Source: Halorutilales archaeon Cl-col2-1
Lineage (GTDB): Archaea; Halobacteriota; Halobacteria; Halobacteriales; Afararchaeaceae
Direction of reading: 5' to 3'
DNA length: 64,000 bases
Assembly: GCA_041891055.1 (NCBI GenBank)
Contig: CP169074.1
Coordinates: 1,216,001 to 1,280,000, forward strand
Below, in pieces: positions 8,925 through 18,362 of the stretch (positions are counted from its first letter, which is position 1; the number at the start of each line of letters is the position of its first letter). The notes beneath the pieces were generated by a model. The model saw only the letters and a program-made list of their open reading frames with translations, made no database searches and was not told the origin of the DNA. The translations under genes and the position numbers were made by a program.

Positions 8925-9353
8925 TCACATCGATGTTGCGGTGAACGCCTGGAATATGAGTATTCCCTGTACGAAGAGGGCTATGCCGGCGACTACGAGG
9001 ACGGCACGTACCGTCTTCTCAGCCTTACGGCTCCATCCCTGTTCGGTGGCTATCGTGTATACGCCGTTGAAGCCGTGGTATATAGAGAAGCCTAAGAGGA
9101 GTATAGCGATCGTCTGGTAGAGGAGTGCGGAGATCTCGACAGTTCCGAACTGACCCGAGATTACTCCCTGTGTCATCCTCTCGACGGTGTTGTCGAATGT
9201 GACCTCAGCGGCTCCGACTATGAAATGTTCGACTGCGAAATGGAAGCCGAGTAGGACGATCAGACCGACTCCCGTGACTCTCTGTAATAGCCATCCTCTG
9301 TACGCCCTTCCGCTCGGTTCTTTGCCTTCTTCCATCATATTAACCACTCCCAT
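8925..9353 (-). CDS. sdhD: Succinate dehydrogenase membrane anchor
   Basis: WLLQRVTG..H, YHGFNG, 3 TM helices; operon position. Confidence 0.85.
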   Translation of the reverse strand: MGVVNMMEEGKEPSGRAYRGWLLQRVTGVGLIVLLGFHFAVEHFIVGAAEVTFDNTVERMTQGVISGQFGTVEISALLYQTIAILLLGFSIYHGFNGVYTIATEQGWSRKAEKTVRAVLVVAGIALFVQGILIFQAFTATSM

Positions 9354-9730
9354 CCCATGAAGAACGGGACGCCTACTGCTACCACAGCCGCGCTAACCGC
9401 GACACTGAGGTAGAAGAGCTGTTCCTGTATGTCGAGACCTACCGTCATGTCGAAGAGGACTACGCGTGTTCCGTTGAGTGCATGGAACACGAAAGCCGCG
9501 AAGAGACCGAGTTCGAGAACCTTTACGATCGTGAGGCTCTCGAATCCGTGTATGATCGAGTTGAACGTCTCGGGTCCTATCCAGTAGGCTGTCCCGAGAA
9601 CCATGAGATGCATCACGAGGTAGAGTGTCAGAACCAAGCCCGTGATCCTATGTAGATAAAAAGCCCAGGTTCCGGGCGCGAAGTCCCTCCAGCGGCTGAA
9701 GTCCTCTATGCGTCCTCTGTCAAGACTCAT
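9335..9730 (-). CDS. sdhC: Succinate dehydrogenase cytochrome b556 subunit
   Basis: LHRITG...YL..H, FHALNG.R. Confidence 0.9.
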   Translation of the reverse strand: MSLDRGRIEDFSRWRDFAPGTWAFYLHRITGLVLTLYLVMHLMVLGTAYWIGPETFNSIIHGFESLTIVKVLELGLFAAFVFHALNGTRVVLFDMTVGLDIQEQLFYLSVAVSAAVVAVGVPFFMGWEWLI

Positions 9731-9768
9731 TGTTAGATATGACTCTTTTATCCGTTATAGTAGTTTCT

Positions 9769-10098
9769 TTAGGGCTGAGCCCCTGCCTCTGCCTCTGGGT
9801 TCTTCTCGTCCTTGAGCCTCTCGACGCGTTTGTTGTGTAGCTCCCTGAGGTAGGCTACGTCATCCATGTCGTCGGGAGTCTCGACGGGCTGGTACTCGTT
9901 GCCGTCTGTGACCTCGACGGCATCCCTGTCGGACTCGAAGACAGTCGACTCGATGACCCTGTTCGACCAGTCACGTATCTGGAGGAGCCAGACGCCATCC
10001 TCGTCTGTCGAATAGAGTCCTACGAGGTCGTCTCCTACGGTGTCGCGGGCTATGGGAGAGTCTATCTCGGGAAGACTTTCCACGTCTATCTCTGTCAT
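9769..10098 (-). CDS. Hypothetical acidic protein
   Basis: Clean acidic ORF with host-like codon usage; no recognised motif. Confidence 0.6.
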   Translation of the reverse strand: MTEIDVESLPEIDSPIARDTVGDDLVGLYSTDEDGVWLLQIRDWSNRVIESTVFESDRDAVEVTDGNEYQPVETPDDMDDVAYLRELHNKRVERLKDEKNPEAEAGAQP

Positions 10099-10218
10099 AC
10101 TTACTTACTCCTACTACCGACAGGGGTATGAATCTGGTGGAAATTCGGTCACATACCGACTTCTGTAACCGAAACCGAGAATAAAAGGCGTTTAATAACT
10201 CCGCGACTTTCGGTATAT

Positions 10219-11205
10219 ATGAAGCTCAAGGAGTCAGCATTCGACTTTGAACTCGACAGGGTCGTAAATGAGATAGAAGAAGAGGGATACGACAGAGTGG
10301 GTCTCCAGTTCCCACAGGGGCTCAAGAGACGCGCGACAGAGGTCGTGAGAGAGCTAAGGCAGAGAGCACCCGGGACTCAGTTTCTTATATCGGGAGACCC
10401 GTGTTACGGCGCGTGTGACCTCGACGAGTACCTCCTCAAACGCACCGACGTCCTCGTTCATTTTGGACATTCGCCCATACGTAACACAGACAGCGTGATC
10501 TATGTCGAGTCGCGTTCACACGCCGAGATAGAGCCGATAATAGAAGAGAGCTTGGAGAAGATAGACGACGACAAGCCCGTCTGTCTCGTGACGACCGCAC
10601 AGCACTCACACGTCTTCGGGGAGGCGCGCGAGATAATAGAGGAGAGAGGCTACGACGTCGTGACACAGGAGGGCGACGACAGGCTCGAAAACGAGGGACA
10701 GGTTCTCGGCTGTAACTACACTACTGTAGACTCCGACGCTCCTCAGGTACTCTACCTCGGCGGAGGCGACTTCCATCCCGTGGGTCTCGCTATGGATCAC
10801 CCCGACAAGCTTCTCGTCGTCGCAGATCCCGTCAACAAGGAGGTCAGAGAGGTTGACGGGGAGAAGTTCATACGTCAGAGGTACGCCGCCATCGCACGTG
10901 CCGAGGACGCCGAGTCATGGGGTGTCATACTCTCGACTAAGATAGGACAGAAGAGGGAGAGGATAGCCGAGGAGATAGTCGAGAACCACGACGAGGCGTT
11001 CCTCATCACGATGAACGAGGTTACCCCCGACAGACTTCTACATTTCGACGCAGACGCCTACGTCAACACGGCGTGTCCACGTATAACTACTGACGACGGT
11101 CCGAGGTACGACGAGCCGGTTCTCACGCCTATCGAGTTCGAGATCGCTGTCGGAGAAAGAGACTGGGACGACCTGAGGTTCGACACCTTCCACGGAGCCT
11201 TCTAG
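10219..11205 (+). CDS. dph2: Diphthamide biosynthesis protein Dph2
   Basis: GLQFPQGLK, PCYGACD, HFGHS, GQVLGCNY, TACPRI. Confidence 0.95.
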   Translation: MKLKESAFDFELDRVVNEIEEEGYDRVGLQFPQGLKRRATEVVRELRQRAPGTQFLISGDPCYGACDLDEYLLKRTDVLVHFGHSPIRNTDSVIYVESRSHAEIEPIIEESLEKIDDDKPVCLVTTAQHSHVFGEAREIIEERGYDVVTQEGDDRLENEGQVLGCNYTTVDSDAPQVLYLGGGDFHPVGLAMDHPDKLLVVADPVNKEVREVDGEKFIRQRYAAIARAEDAESWGVILSTKIGQKRERIAEEIVENHDEAFLITMNEVTPDRLLHFDADAYVNTACPRITTDDGPRYDEPVLTPIEFEIAVGERDWDDLRFDTFHGAF

Positions 11206-11418
11206 CTAGACGCCTTCCATCTCGCCGTGTTTGATCTTGGCGTTGTTGGGAGCCGCAGTCGTGAGATTCTTCTGTTTGAGACGTACAGTCTCACCGCTCT
11301 CGTATACGTATACCTTGAAGTAGTCGCCGTACTCGTTCTGCGTTATTATCCCCATGCTGCCGTTGTAACGGCTGTCGGGATCGTCAACCCGCACACGTGC
11401 ACCATTTGACAGTGACAT
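11206..11418 (-). CDS. Small SH3/KOW-like hypothetical protein
   Basis: G.RVRV.D..S.Y.G..G.I pattern; start reassigned to ATG 11418. Confidence 0.5.
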   Translation of the reverse strand: MSLSNGARVRVDDPDSRYNGSMGIITQNEYGDYFKVYVYESGETVRLKQKNLTTAAPNNAKIKHGEMEGV

Positions 11419-11471
11419 ATGTTGACAGTGTGCTGCGTGGGATATAATACTATCGGACAAAAAGAGTTAGA

Positions 11472-11663
11472 TTACCTCTTGGCTCTGTACTCGCCGTGTT
11501 TGACGCCTATGGCGAGCGTTATGAGACCGTAGATCACCATAGAGGGAAGAACCATCATCAGAACCGTGCTCGGTCTCATCATAGGTGCGGCTACGAGTCC
11601 TCCAACTCCGAGTGCCACTATCAGTACGAACAAGCCAGCTGTCTTAGTTAAGTCGAACTCCAT
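11472..11663 (-). CDS. Small 2-TM haloarchaeal membrane protein
   Basis: MEFDL..., TVLMMVLPSM, GVKHGEYRA. Confidence 0.75.
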   Translation of the reverse strand: MEFDLTKTAGLFVLIVALGVGGLVAAPMMRPSTVLMMVLPSMVIYGLITLAIGVKHGEYRAKR

Positions 11664-11759
11664 GTGGTTAGACAGGAGATCTAGATACTTATACTGTCGG
11701 ACAGACTCGAAGTGGAGTACCGTCTCCTGAGAGCCGTGAAGACGGGAAGCTTCGGTCGA

Positions 11760-12191
11760 CTACTTGACTCTCTCCTGAAGAACCGAGGGATGTGACGCCG
11801 TGACTCCTTCTATTCCCTCGATGCCATCGGAGATTATGCCGTGGAGGCTACGGTTGTCGCGCGCGACGACCTTCGCGAGTATGTCGTGATCACCGCTGGT
11901 TATGTAGACGTCCCTGACGCCTTCGACATCCTTTATCTCCTCCGAGACACGCAGAAGGCTGTCGCTCTCGGTGTCGATCCCAACAAGAGCGACCGTCCGA
12001 CCGCTGACCTTCTTAGGATCGACCTCCGCCGTGTATCCGGTTATAGCCCCCGTCTCTTCGAGCCGCTCCATGTACTTACGCACGGTGGGCTCGCTTACCC
12101 CCACCTTCTCGGCGATATCGCCGTACGAGGCGCGTGCGTTCTCCTCAAGCGCCTCTATTATCGCCTGTTCGGTGTCCGTAGAGTCAGTCAC
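11760..12191 (-). CDS. Lrp/AsnC family regulator (LrpA1-like)
   Basis: ENARASYGDIAEKVGVSEPTVRKY..LE..G.I.GY; SGDHD. Confidence 0.9.
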   Translation of the reverse strand: MTDSTDTEQAIIEALEENARASYGDIAEKVGVSEPTVRKYMERLEETGAITGYTAEVDPKKVSGRTVALVGIDTESDSLLRVSEEIKDVEGVRDVYITSGDHDILAKVVARDNRSLHGIISDGIEGIEGVTASHPSVLQERVK

Positions 12192-12266
12192 AGTAAGTAG
12201 TACGTTCGTCTAATATAAAAAAACTCATAAATATACCAAAGAAAGTTTTTCTAAGCCTAAAGAGAG

Positions 12267-13181
12267 ATGGAGTGTTCTAACTGCAGCCAGCCCGCGGTTC
12301 TGAGACAGGCGTACAGCGGCAAGCATCTGTGTGAGACGCATCTCTACGAGTCGGTCGAGAAACGCGTCAAACAGAGAATACGTGAAGACGACATCCTACA
12401 GGGCGACGAGACGTGGGTCGTGGGTCTGAGCGGTGGAAAGGACTCATCTGTTCTCCTCGACATAATCGCGCGCGTCTTCGACGACAACCCCTCTGTCGAG
12501 ATAGTCGCCCTTACACTCGACGAGGGGATAGAGGGATACAGGGACGAGAGCGTCAAGGAGGCGGAAAGGCTGTGTGATAGACTCGGGATTAGACACGAGA
12601 TCGTGGAGTTCGACGAAGACATAGACGTCACGATGGACGAGGTCGTCGACCAGAAGCCCCAGAGACAGGCGTGTTCCTACTGCGGTGTCTTCAGACGCAC
12701 ACTCCTCAACAGACACGCCGAACGTCTCGGCGCGACGAAGCTCCTGATGGGACACAACCTAGACGACGTCGCACAGACCGCCCTGATGAACTTCCTCGAC
12801 GGCGACGTGGAGAGGATGTCACGCCATTACCGTGCGTCTCTGTCGCCGAAGAACGAGGAGGGCGACTTCGTGAGACGCGCGAAGCCTCTTCGGGACGTGC
12901 CCGAGAAGGAGATCGCGGTCTACGCACAGCTCAAGGATCTCCCCGTCTACCTCGAGGAGTGTCCCAACGCAGAGGGCGCGACGCGGGGCGACATACGTGA
13001 TCTCCTAATGGAGTACGAACGTAAACACCCGGGTACTCGCCACTCCCTGATGAGCTCTTACGAGAAGATAGCCGAGAGGCTCGACTGGTCATCACAGGAT
13101 CTCGTGGAGTGTGATAGATGTGGCGAGCCGACTACAGGAGATCTGTGTCGGGCGTGTTCTATGTTAGAAGAAGTTGGTTAG
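12267..13181 (+). CDS. ncsA: tRNA 2-thiolation protein NcsA (TtuA/Ctu1 family)
   Basis: Terminal Zn fingers, SGGKDS PP-loop, CSYCGVFRR, GHNLDD. Confidence 0.92.
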   Translation: MECSNCSQPAVLRQAYSGKHLCETHLYESVEKRVKQRIREDDILQGDETWVVGLSGGKDSSVLLDIIARVFDDNPSVEIVALTLDEGIEGYRDESVKEAERLCDRLGIRHEIVEFDEDIDVTMDEVVDQKPQRQACSYCGVFRRTLLNRHAERLGATKLLMGHNLDDVAQTALMNFLDGDVERMSRHYRASLSPKNEEGDFVRRAKPLRDVPEKEIAVYAQLKDLPVYLEECPNAEGATRGDIRDLLMEYERKHPGTRHSLMSSYEKIAERLDWSSQDLVECDRCGEPTTGDLCRACSMLEEVG

Positions 13182-13219
13182 CTTACTTGGTAGAGAAGGC
13201 GAGTCTACGGTGGGGAAAA

Positions 13220-13603
13220 CTATGTCAGTTTATAGACTACTAACCCCAGTAATAGAGATATAATCATCCCAATATAGACCCCTATAAGAGAGCTTATTCT
13301 AAGTAATTCTCGTGAGGCTACGAAGCTCAAGGGAACTACGACCAACATAATTACAAATACGACTATGAGAAATACTATCAGATCCCCTTTCGACTGGTCT
13401 GTTCTGAATCCCAGAACTATACGACGTCCTAAGAAGGTAAAGGTTCCCAGCCCAGTTCCTGCGAGAAGACTAAACTGAACCGGATTATGGTTTACGTAGA
13501 GAAGAAGGCTCTGACCAACCCCGGCTAATACCCCGATCAAAAGACTGTCCCCCCAGAGTCCAAAATGTCGACGTAGCCAGGACTGGTTCTTAGACTGTGT
13601 CAT
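13220..13603 (-). CDS. Small 4-TM membrane protein (candidate immunity protein)
   Basis: Very hydrophobic, non-acidic, AT-rich; last gene of the accessory islet. Confidence 0.6.
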   Translation of the reverse strand: MTQSKNQSWLRRHFGLWGDSLLIGVLAGVGQSLLLYVNHNPVQFSLLAGTGLGTFTFLGRRIVLGFRTDQSKGDLIVFLIVVFVIMLVVVPLSFVASRELLRISSLIGVYIGMIISLLLGLVVYKLT

Positions 13604-13676
13604 GGCTAAGTGTCCAGGAAAATAGATGGGTCATGTAGGTTGATTCTATTCCACTTGTCATACTGAAGGACAAAAA

Positions 13677-14174
13677 TCATATCTGTACCATCCTATCACT
13701 CGGACAGCTTTCGAACGACGGATCCGAGACGACACCTGTACATCCTGACGGATCGCCGTTCTGGTAAAACTTTACACGGACTCCATCGGCTCCTGGATTT
13801 ACTTCGGCTGTGACGGTGTACTTAATCCCGTAGTTGTCCCTACAGCTTTCAGTGCCAATAATGTTAGTTGTGTTGACGTTTACAGAGTAGACGCCGTCGC
13901 CTGTTTTCGATATGCCAGATACCAATGCCGCTTCCGAACCGTTTTTCCAGACGATATCAGTCTTGTTAGCCATAACTGTGTGATTCGGTGTCCCGGAGAG
14001 GTAACTCGGATACGACAGAGACAGATTCGACTCACAACCGGCGTCGATTTGTGTGACATCGACCGAAGATACCGACGCTGTCTCATCACTGCCCGTACCC
14101 AGACTTAATCCGACGCCGACGGCTACGATCAGTCCTATGCTTAGAACGCCGAGAAGCTTTCGGCTAATATTCAT
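13677..14174 (-). CDS. Secreted or membrane-anchored Cys-containing hypothetical protein
   Basis: N-terminal RK plus hydrophobic signal; 4 Cys; beta-rich. Confidence 0.65.
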   Translation of the reverse strand: MNISRKLLGVLSIGLIVAVGVGLSLGTGSDETASVSSVDVTQIDAGCESNLSLSYPSYLSGTPNHTVMANKTDIVWKNGSEAALVSGISKTGDGVYSVNVNTTNIIGTESCRDNYGIKYTVTAEVNPGADGVRVKFYQNGDPSGCTGVVSDPSFESCPSDRMVQI

Positions 14175-14235
14175 CGTCTGGTTTACGTAGATTCATGCTT
14201 TACTGTCTTCACTCATTGAGCAGTAGCTTCCACCA

Positions 14236-14370
14236 TTACTGCTTAATGATAGGGCTAGAAGTCTCGGCAGAACCTACCGTTACCATCGGCGTAGCTAATG
14301 CACCCGACGCTACTCCCGTTTTTCTCAGAAAGCTCCTCCGTCCCATACTATTCTCGTTTTCTTCGAACAT
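14236..14370 (-). pseudogene. Truncated Tat precursor (signal peptide only, 44 aa)
   Basis: MFEENENSMGRRSFLRKTGVASGALATPMVTVGSAETSSPIIKQ*; not in the ORF track; directly under the duplicated promoter. Confidence 0.7.
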
Positions 14371-14380
14371 ACAGTTCCAC

Positions 14381-14526
14381 AGTAACACTCCGTTTATTTA
14401 TAATTTCGGTCTAGAATATGTTTCAAATTATTAGATATTTCTACAGTATGAAATCTTCTCACTATATGAAATGATTCCGCTCAACGAAGCTGTTTGACTG
14501 AGTGAAAGCTGTCTCAAAATGTGAAA
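14381..14526 (-). promoter_or_regulatory. Duplicated 146-bp promoter/operator block, copy 1
   Basis: Near-identical to 15910-16055 (offset 1529); minus-strand GAAATTATAAATAA BRE/TATA about 25-35 nt before ATG 14370; TGAAA at 14449, 14467, 14503, 14522. Confidence 0.85.
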
Positions 14527-14715
14527 TAGATATTCATACTGAAGAAAAGTCATAAACTCTTCGGATTTATGAGTATATGTAAGTCTTGAACCACACTCAT
14601 CCCAAAATCGCTGATTTTGAGGGCTCGTAAATCTCCAATTTGTAAAGATCAACCAAAGATTAATGAATAGATAAGGTCTCAGATCTTTCAGTAGCAACGG
14701 TGAATGTATCTCCCT

Positions 14716-15063
14716 CTATGAAACATTTTCTAGTGAAAGTTTGGATAAAATCCCCGCAACACCAACTCCAACAATAAATGATACTCCCATAGAAACTGAG
14801 TGATTTACCATCTGACTCGGTATAAAAGCTGAAAAAATCATTAGTAAGAATTCGATCACACGCCTAGTACGTGACTTATGAAAGTCAAAATACCCATATA
14901 ATAATATTATAAGATAGCCATATAAAATCCCAAAAGCCAAACCTAAAATAGAAATACCAACCTCTTCAACAAAAAGCAGAATTAGTCCGGTTATAAGTGT
15001 AATTAAACCTACATATAGACCCAACCGTTGTGTGAATTCTTCAGTTAGTTTCATTACACACAA
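14716..15063 (-). CDS. Small 4-TM membrane protein (candidate immunity protein)
   Basis: Very hydrophobic and AT-rich; begins a few nt after the Tat precursor stop. Confidence 0.65.
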   Translation of the reverse strand: MCVMKLTEEFTQRLGLYVGLITLITGLILLFVEEVGISILGLAFGILYGYLIILLYGYFDFHKSRTRRVIEFLLMIFSAFIPSQMVNHSVSMGVSFIVGVGVAGILSKLSLENVS

Positions 15064-15069
15064 TAGAGA

Positions 15070-15906
15070 CTATAAGACAATAAAATCGGGATCCTTTCCT
15101 GCATGATCATTTACTGATGCGACAGGCATAGTTTCCGAAGCATCAGCCAAGTATTTATTCGATATTACTGTACTGTACATAGGTGTGTTAGTTATTGGGG
15201 TATCAAAGTCCTTTGCTCCGACAGTAAAATCCTTATCCGTGTATAAGGATAGTACTGTTCCAGCTATAATTGAGATTACAGTTCCTATTCCCCCACCTAA
15301 GAAATAACCAATCAATCCCGCGAGAGTATTTTTTGATAAAGTATCGATAGACTGTGTTAGTTCAATAGCATCTCCTGCGTAGAAATGGTTGTAATCTGAA
15401 TAATATGCACATGATCCTATGGTTTTGGAAAAACTCTCATGTCTTCTAACCAGTGTTGAGTAGTCATAGCTGGCTAACTGGAGATGAGGACTGGGGTTAA
15501 AATCCATGAGGGTAAAATCGTTTTGCCAGCTTTTGCTACTGGCGGGATTGGGTTCATTGTTATCTTTTCTCTTATTACTCTGTCCCTCTCTTCTAGGATT
15601 GCCATTTTTAGATCCCAGCTTAACATGATCTATTCTGCCTTTTCTCTGCCCTTTCTTGAATTCCTTAAACAAATGAAACACATCATTTACTCCCACGCGG
15701 GCTATACGTACTGATTGGTTATCTACTAAAATCTTCCTTTTAACATCCATCCCTTCATCGCTACTTGCCCGACTCATCTTCTTCCTATTTGGGAGACCTG
15801 TCAAAGGGACTGTCGCAATACCTAAGCTCTTCAGAAACTCACGTCTGTTTGAGCCGATTTTATCTTTTTCCTTGTCTTCTTTCTCTGCCATGTCTGATAC
15901 CACCAT
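15070..15906 (-). CDS. Tat-exported precursor with hydrophobic Gly-rich hairpin (halocin/bacteriocin-like candidate)
   Basis: SNRREFLK Tat motif; K/R-rich pro-region; TLAGLIGYFLGGGIGTVISIIAGTVLSLY segment. Toxin function is inferred. Confidence 0.6.
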   Translation of the reverse strand: MVVSDMAEKEDKEKDKIGSNRREFLKSLGIATVPLTGLPNRKKMSRASSDEGMDVKRKILVDNQSVRIARVGVNDVFHLFKEFKKGQRKGRIDHVKLGSKNGNPRREGQSNKRKDNNEPNPASSKSWQNDFTLMDFNPSPHLQLASYDYSTLVRRHESFSKTIGSCAYYSDYNHFYAGDAIELTQSIDTLSKNTLAGLIGYFLGGGIGTVISIIAGTVLSLYTDKDFTVGAKDFDTPITNTPMYSTVISNKYLADASETMPVASVNDHAGKDPDFIVL

Positions 15907-15909
15907 AAT

Positions 15910-16055
15910 AGTAATACTCCGTTTATTTATAATTTCGGTCTAGAATATGTTTCAAATTATTAGGTATTTTCACAGAATGAAACTCTTCCACCATATGAAA
16001 TGATTCCGCTCAACGAAGCTGTTTGACTGAGTGAAAGCTGTCTCAAAATGTGAAA
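15910..16055 (-). promoter_or_regulatory. Duplicated 146-bp promoter/operator block, copy 2
   Basis: Direct repeat of 14381-14526, lying between the regulator stop and the Tat gene start. Confidence 0.85.
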
Positions 16056-16062
16056 CAGTCGA

Positions 16063-16824
16063 CTACGGGTACTTAGCCTCCGACTCTGCGAAGTATGACT
16101 CGAATCTCTCACGTCCCCATTCAGTAGCCTCTTCCGAGGTATTTTCGACGAGTGCAACCAGACTGCTGTGGCTGTAGGCTCCAATGAGAAGCTTTTCGTC
16201 GGTGAGTACGAGACCATGGGGTATACTTCCGTCGTACGCGCGGAGTTCGAAGTCTCCTGTCTCAACTGTCTCCGAAAGCTTATCGGGGTACTCATCTTCG
16301 AGTACTCGCACTAAAGGATTCTCCAAGACTATCTCCGCCTGCATGCCTTCAGTTATACGTCTGTGGAAGACCGTGACATAAGTTGGAGTTACGACAGGGG
16401 AGAAGCCGCGAACGTATGACGCTTCCTCAACGGATTCTATGAGACGTTTTACCGGATAATGTGGTCTTCCGTCTTTCGGAGTGTAGACAGTCGATCCCGA
16501 GAGTCTACTGAGTTCGTCGACAGTCTCTCCCACGTGTTCAAGAAAGGGTTCGAGTTCTTCGACTGTCTTTATATGGTGTGTGAACTCAGACAGCCCATCG
16601 AGAACAGCCTCGCCTTTCGGAGTGAGTCCGAAAGCATCGTCATCTCTGCGTACGAGATTACGGTTTCTCAGAAACTTCATCTTACGGTGGAGAGTCGACC
16701 TCGATCCATCGACGTGATCCTCCAGATCATCCATCTGGTCTTTTCCCTGTCTAATTCCGTCGAGAATTTCTGCGGAGTCGAAGAGTCCATGAAGGTAGTC
16801 GATATCGATGTCCCGACCAGACAT
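16063..16824 (-). CDS. Haloarchaeal wHTH transcriptional regulator (DUF1724/FilR1-like C-terminal domain)
   Basis: SRSTLHR..L....LV....FGLTPKG; RGFSPV; PHGLVL; A.EWG..FESY..E. Confidence 0.85.
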   Translation of the reverse strand: MSGRDIDIDYLHGLFDSAEILDGIRQGKDQMDDLEDHVDGSRSTLHRKMKFLRNRNLVRRDDDAFGLTPKGEAVLDGLSEFTHHIKTVEELEPFLEHVGETVDELSRLSGSTVYTPKDGRPHYPVKRLIESVEEASYVRGFSPVVTPTYVTVFHRRITEGMQAEIVLENPLVRVLEDEYPDKLSETVETGDFELRAYDGSIPHGLVLTDEKLLIGAYSHSSLVALVENTSEEATEWGRERFESYFAESEAKYP

Positions 16825-16917
16825 GGCTACGGTTCACAAAGAGGATACTAAGCATTTCTGGTTGGGTTAGAAAGCGAGATAGAGGTAACGAAAATTAGGA
16901 ACGCAGAAACTCTAACG

Positions 16918-18021
16918 TTAACGTATTACGTCGACGTTCGCGGAGTTCTTCTTCACCGAGTCGTCTCCGCCGTCACTCGTCGACGTCGTCTTGCTCGCGC
17001 TCGTCATCTCGGATCCGAGTACCTGCGAGCTCTGGACTCCGGTCATTATAGCCATCACACGTACCTTCGAGTCGTAGTCCTCCTGTATACGTGCTCCCCA
17101 GATGACGTTCGCCGACGACCCGAGACGCTCTGTGATGTTCTGTGCGATCCCCTCAGCCTCTCCGAGAGTGAGGTCGGGTCCTCCCGTGATATGGACGAGG
17201 CTGCCCGAGGCTCCGCGGTAGTCGACGTCTAAGAGCGGATGGTTGAGAGCGTCCTCGACGACTGCGTCTATCTTGTTCTTGTCCTGTGTCTCGCCGACGA
17301 GCATCACCGCGACTCCGCCCTGGTTCATGATAGTCGTCATGTCGGCGTAGTCGAGGTTGATGAGGCTCGGCTGTGTGATGGTCTCCGAGATCCCCTTGAC
17401 CGTCTCGGCGATTATCTGATCCATCACAGAGAACGCCTTGCTTATCGGAAGGTTGGGGACGTAGTCGAGGAGCCTGTTGTTGTCGAGGACGATTATCGAG
17501 TCCGCCTCCTTCCTCAGGTTTTCGAGTCCCTGCTTAGCCTTAGACGTCCTCGCGCGTTCGACGTCGAACGGCGTACTCACCATTCCGAGGACGATAGCGC
17601 CCTGATCCTTAGCTATCTTAGAGACGACGGGTGCGGCACCCGTACCTGTTCCGCCACCCATTCCCGCGGTGACGAAACACAGGTCGGCGTCCTCAAGTAT
17701 GTCCTTGAGAGTGCCACGCGCCATCTCAGTAGCGCGCTCACCCATCGAGGGGTCGCCTCCCGCACCGAGTCCGTTGGTGAGTGACTTGCCGACGAGTATC
17801 TTTGTGTCGGCTTCGATCATCTGAAGATGCTGTTTATCGGTGTTGATGGCGATTGTCTCAGCCCCCTCGGCACCGATATTATACAGGCGGTTTACAGTGT
17901 TGTTGCCCGCACCCCCACATCCGACGACCACTATGTTGGGGTCGCCGAAGTCCTCGGCGTTCTGCTTCATCTCCTTTTCCTTCTCGTCGTTTTCAAGAGC
18001 CTCTTGTACTATGTCTTCCAT
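16918..18021 (-). CDS. ftsZ2: Cell division protein FtsZ2
   Basis: [17 protein letters not shown] tubulin signature, SLINLDYAD; directly downstream of cdrS. Confidence 0.96.
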   Translation of the reverse strand: MEDIVQEALENDEKEKEMKQNAEDFGDPNIVVVGCGGAGNNTVNRLYNIGAEGAETIAINTDKQHLQMIEADTKILVGKSLTNGLGAGGDPSMGERATEMARGTLKDILEDADLCFVTAGMGGGTGTGAAPVVSKIAKDQGAIVLGMVSTPFDVERARTSKAKQGLENLRKEADSIIVLDNNRLLDYVPNLPISKAFSVMDQIIAETVKGISETITQPSLINLDYADMTTIMNQGGVAVMLVGETQDKNKIDAVVEDALNHPLLDVDYRGASGSLVHITGGPDLTLGEAEGIAQNITERLGSSANVIWGARIQEDYDSKVRVMAIMTGVQSSQVLGSEMTSASKTTSTSDGGDDSVKKNSANVDVIR

Positions 18022-18024
18022 GTC

Positions 18025-18192
18025 TTACACTCTCGCAAGTCTTCTGTCGTCGGAGTCGGTGTCTCTGTCCGTAACCATGTTCCGTACGGCGGCTCTGATA
18101 GCCTCGCTCCTATTGGGGAACTCCCCCTTGTCAACCAGGTCTTCGACAGCATCTATCTGCTGTTCGGGTATTCTTAGTGTAACTCGTTCCAT
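18025..18192 (-). CDS. cdrS: Ribbon-helix-helix cell-division regulator CdrS
   Basis: [32 protein letters not shown]; adjacent to ftsZ2; start reassigned to 18192. Confidence 0.92.
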   Translation of the reverse strand: MERVTLRIPEQQIDAVEDLVDKGEFPNRSEAIRAAVRNMVTDRDTDSDDRRLARV

Positions 18193-18287
18193 TTTTGCCC
18201 TCCTCCCTCTGTCTCTGGGAGACTTCCGGTTTTCTGAGGATCCTTCTGTCGTTTCAAGCGTGTGACCGGATCCACTGTCACACACTT

Positions 18288-18304
18288 GTAAGACGATGTC
18301 TTAC
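18288..18304. promoter_or_regulatory. Perfect palindrome GTAAGAC-GAT-GTCTTAC, candidate CdrS/CdrL operator
   Basis: About 25 nt downstream of a minus-strand TATA (TTTATATG, 18328-18335); half-sites also at 18022 and 18360. Confidence 0.6.
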
Positions 18305-18362
18305 GAATTACCCTTATTGACTAATCCCATATAAAGTTTTCCCGGGACTCAGAAAATTTGTC

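Noticed and set aside
14431-14697. 88-aa ORF sharing a C-terminal peptide with ORF 15960-16295
   Set aside because: The similarity comes only from reading through the duplicated promoter.
13220-16063. IS element or provirus explaining the AT-rich islet
   Set aside because: No transposase, integrase, terminal inverted repeats or viral genes are visible.
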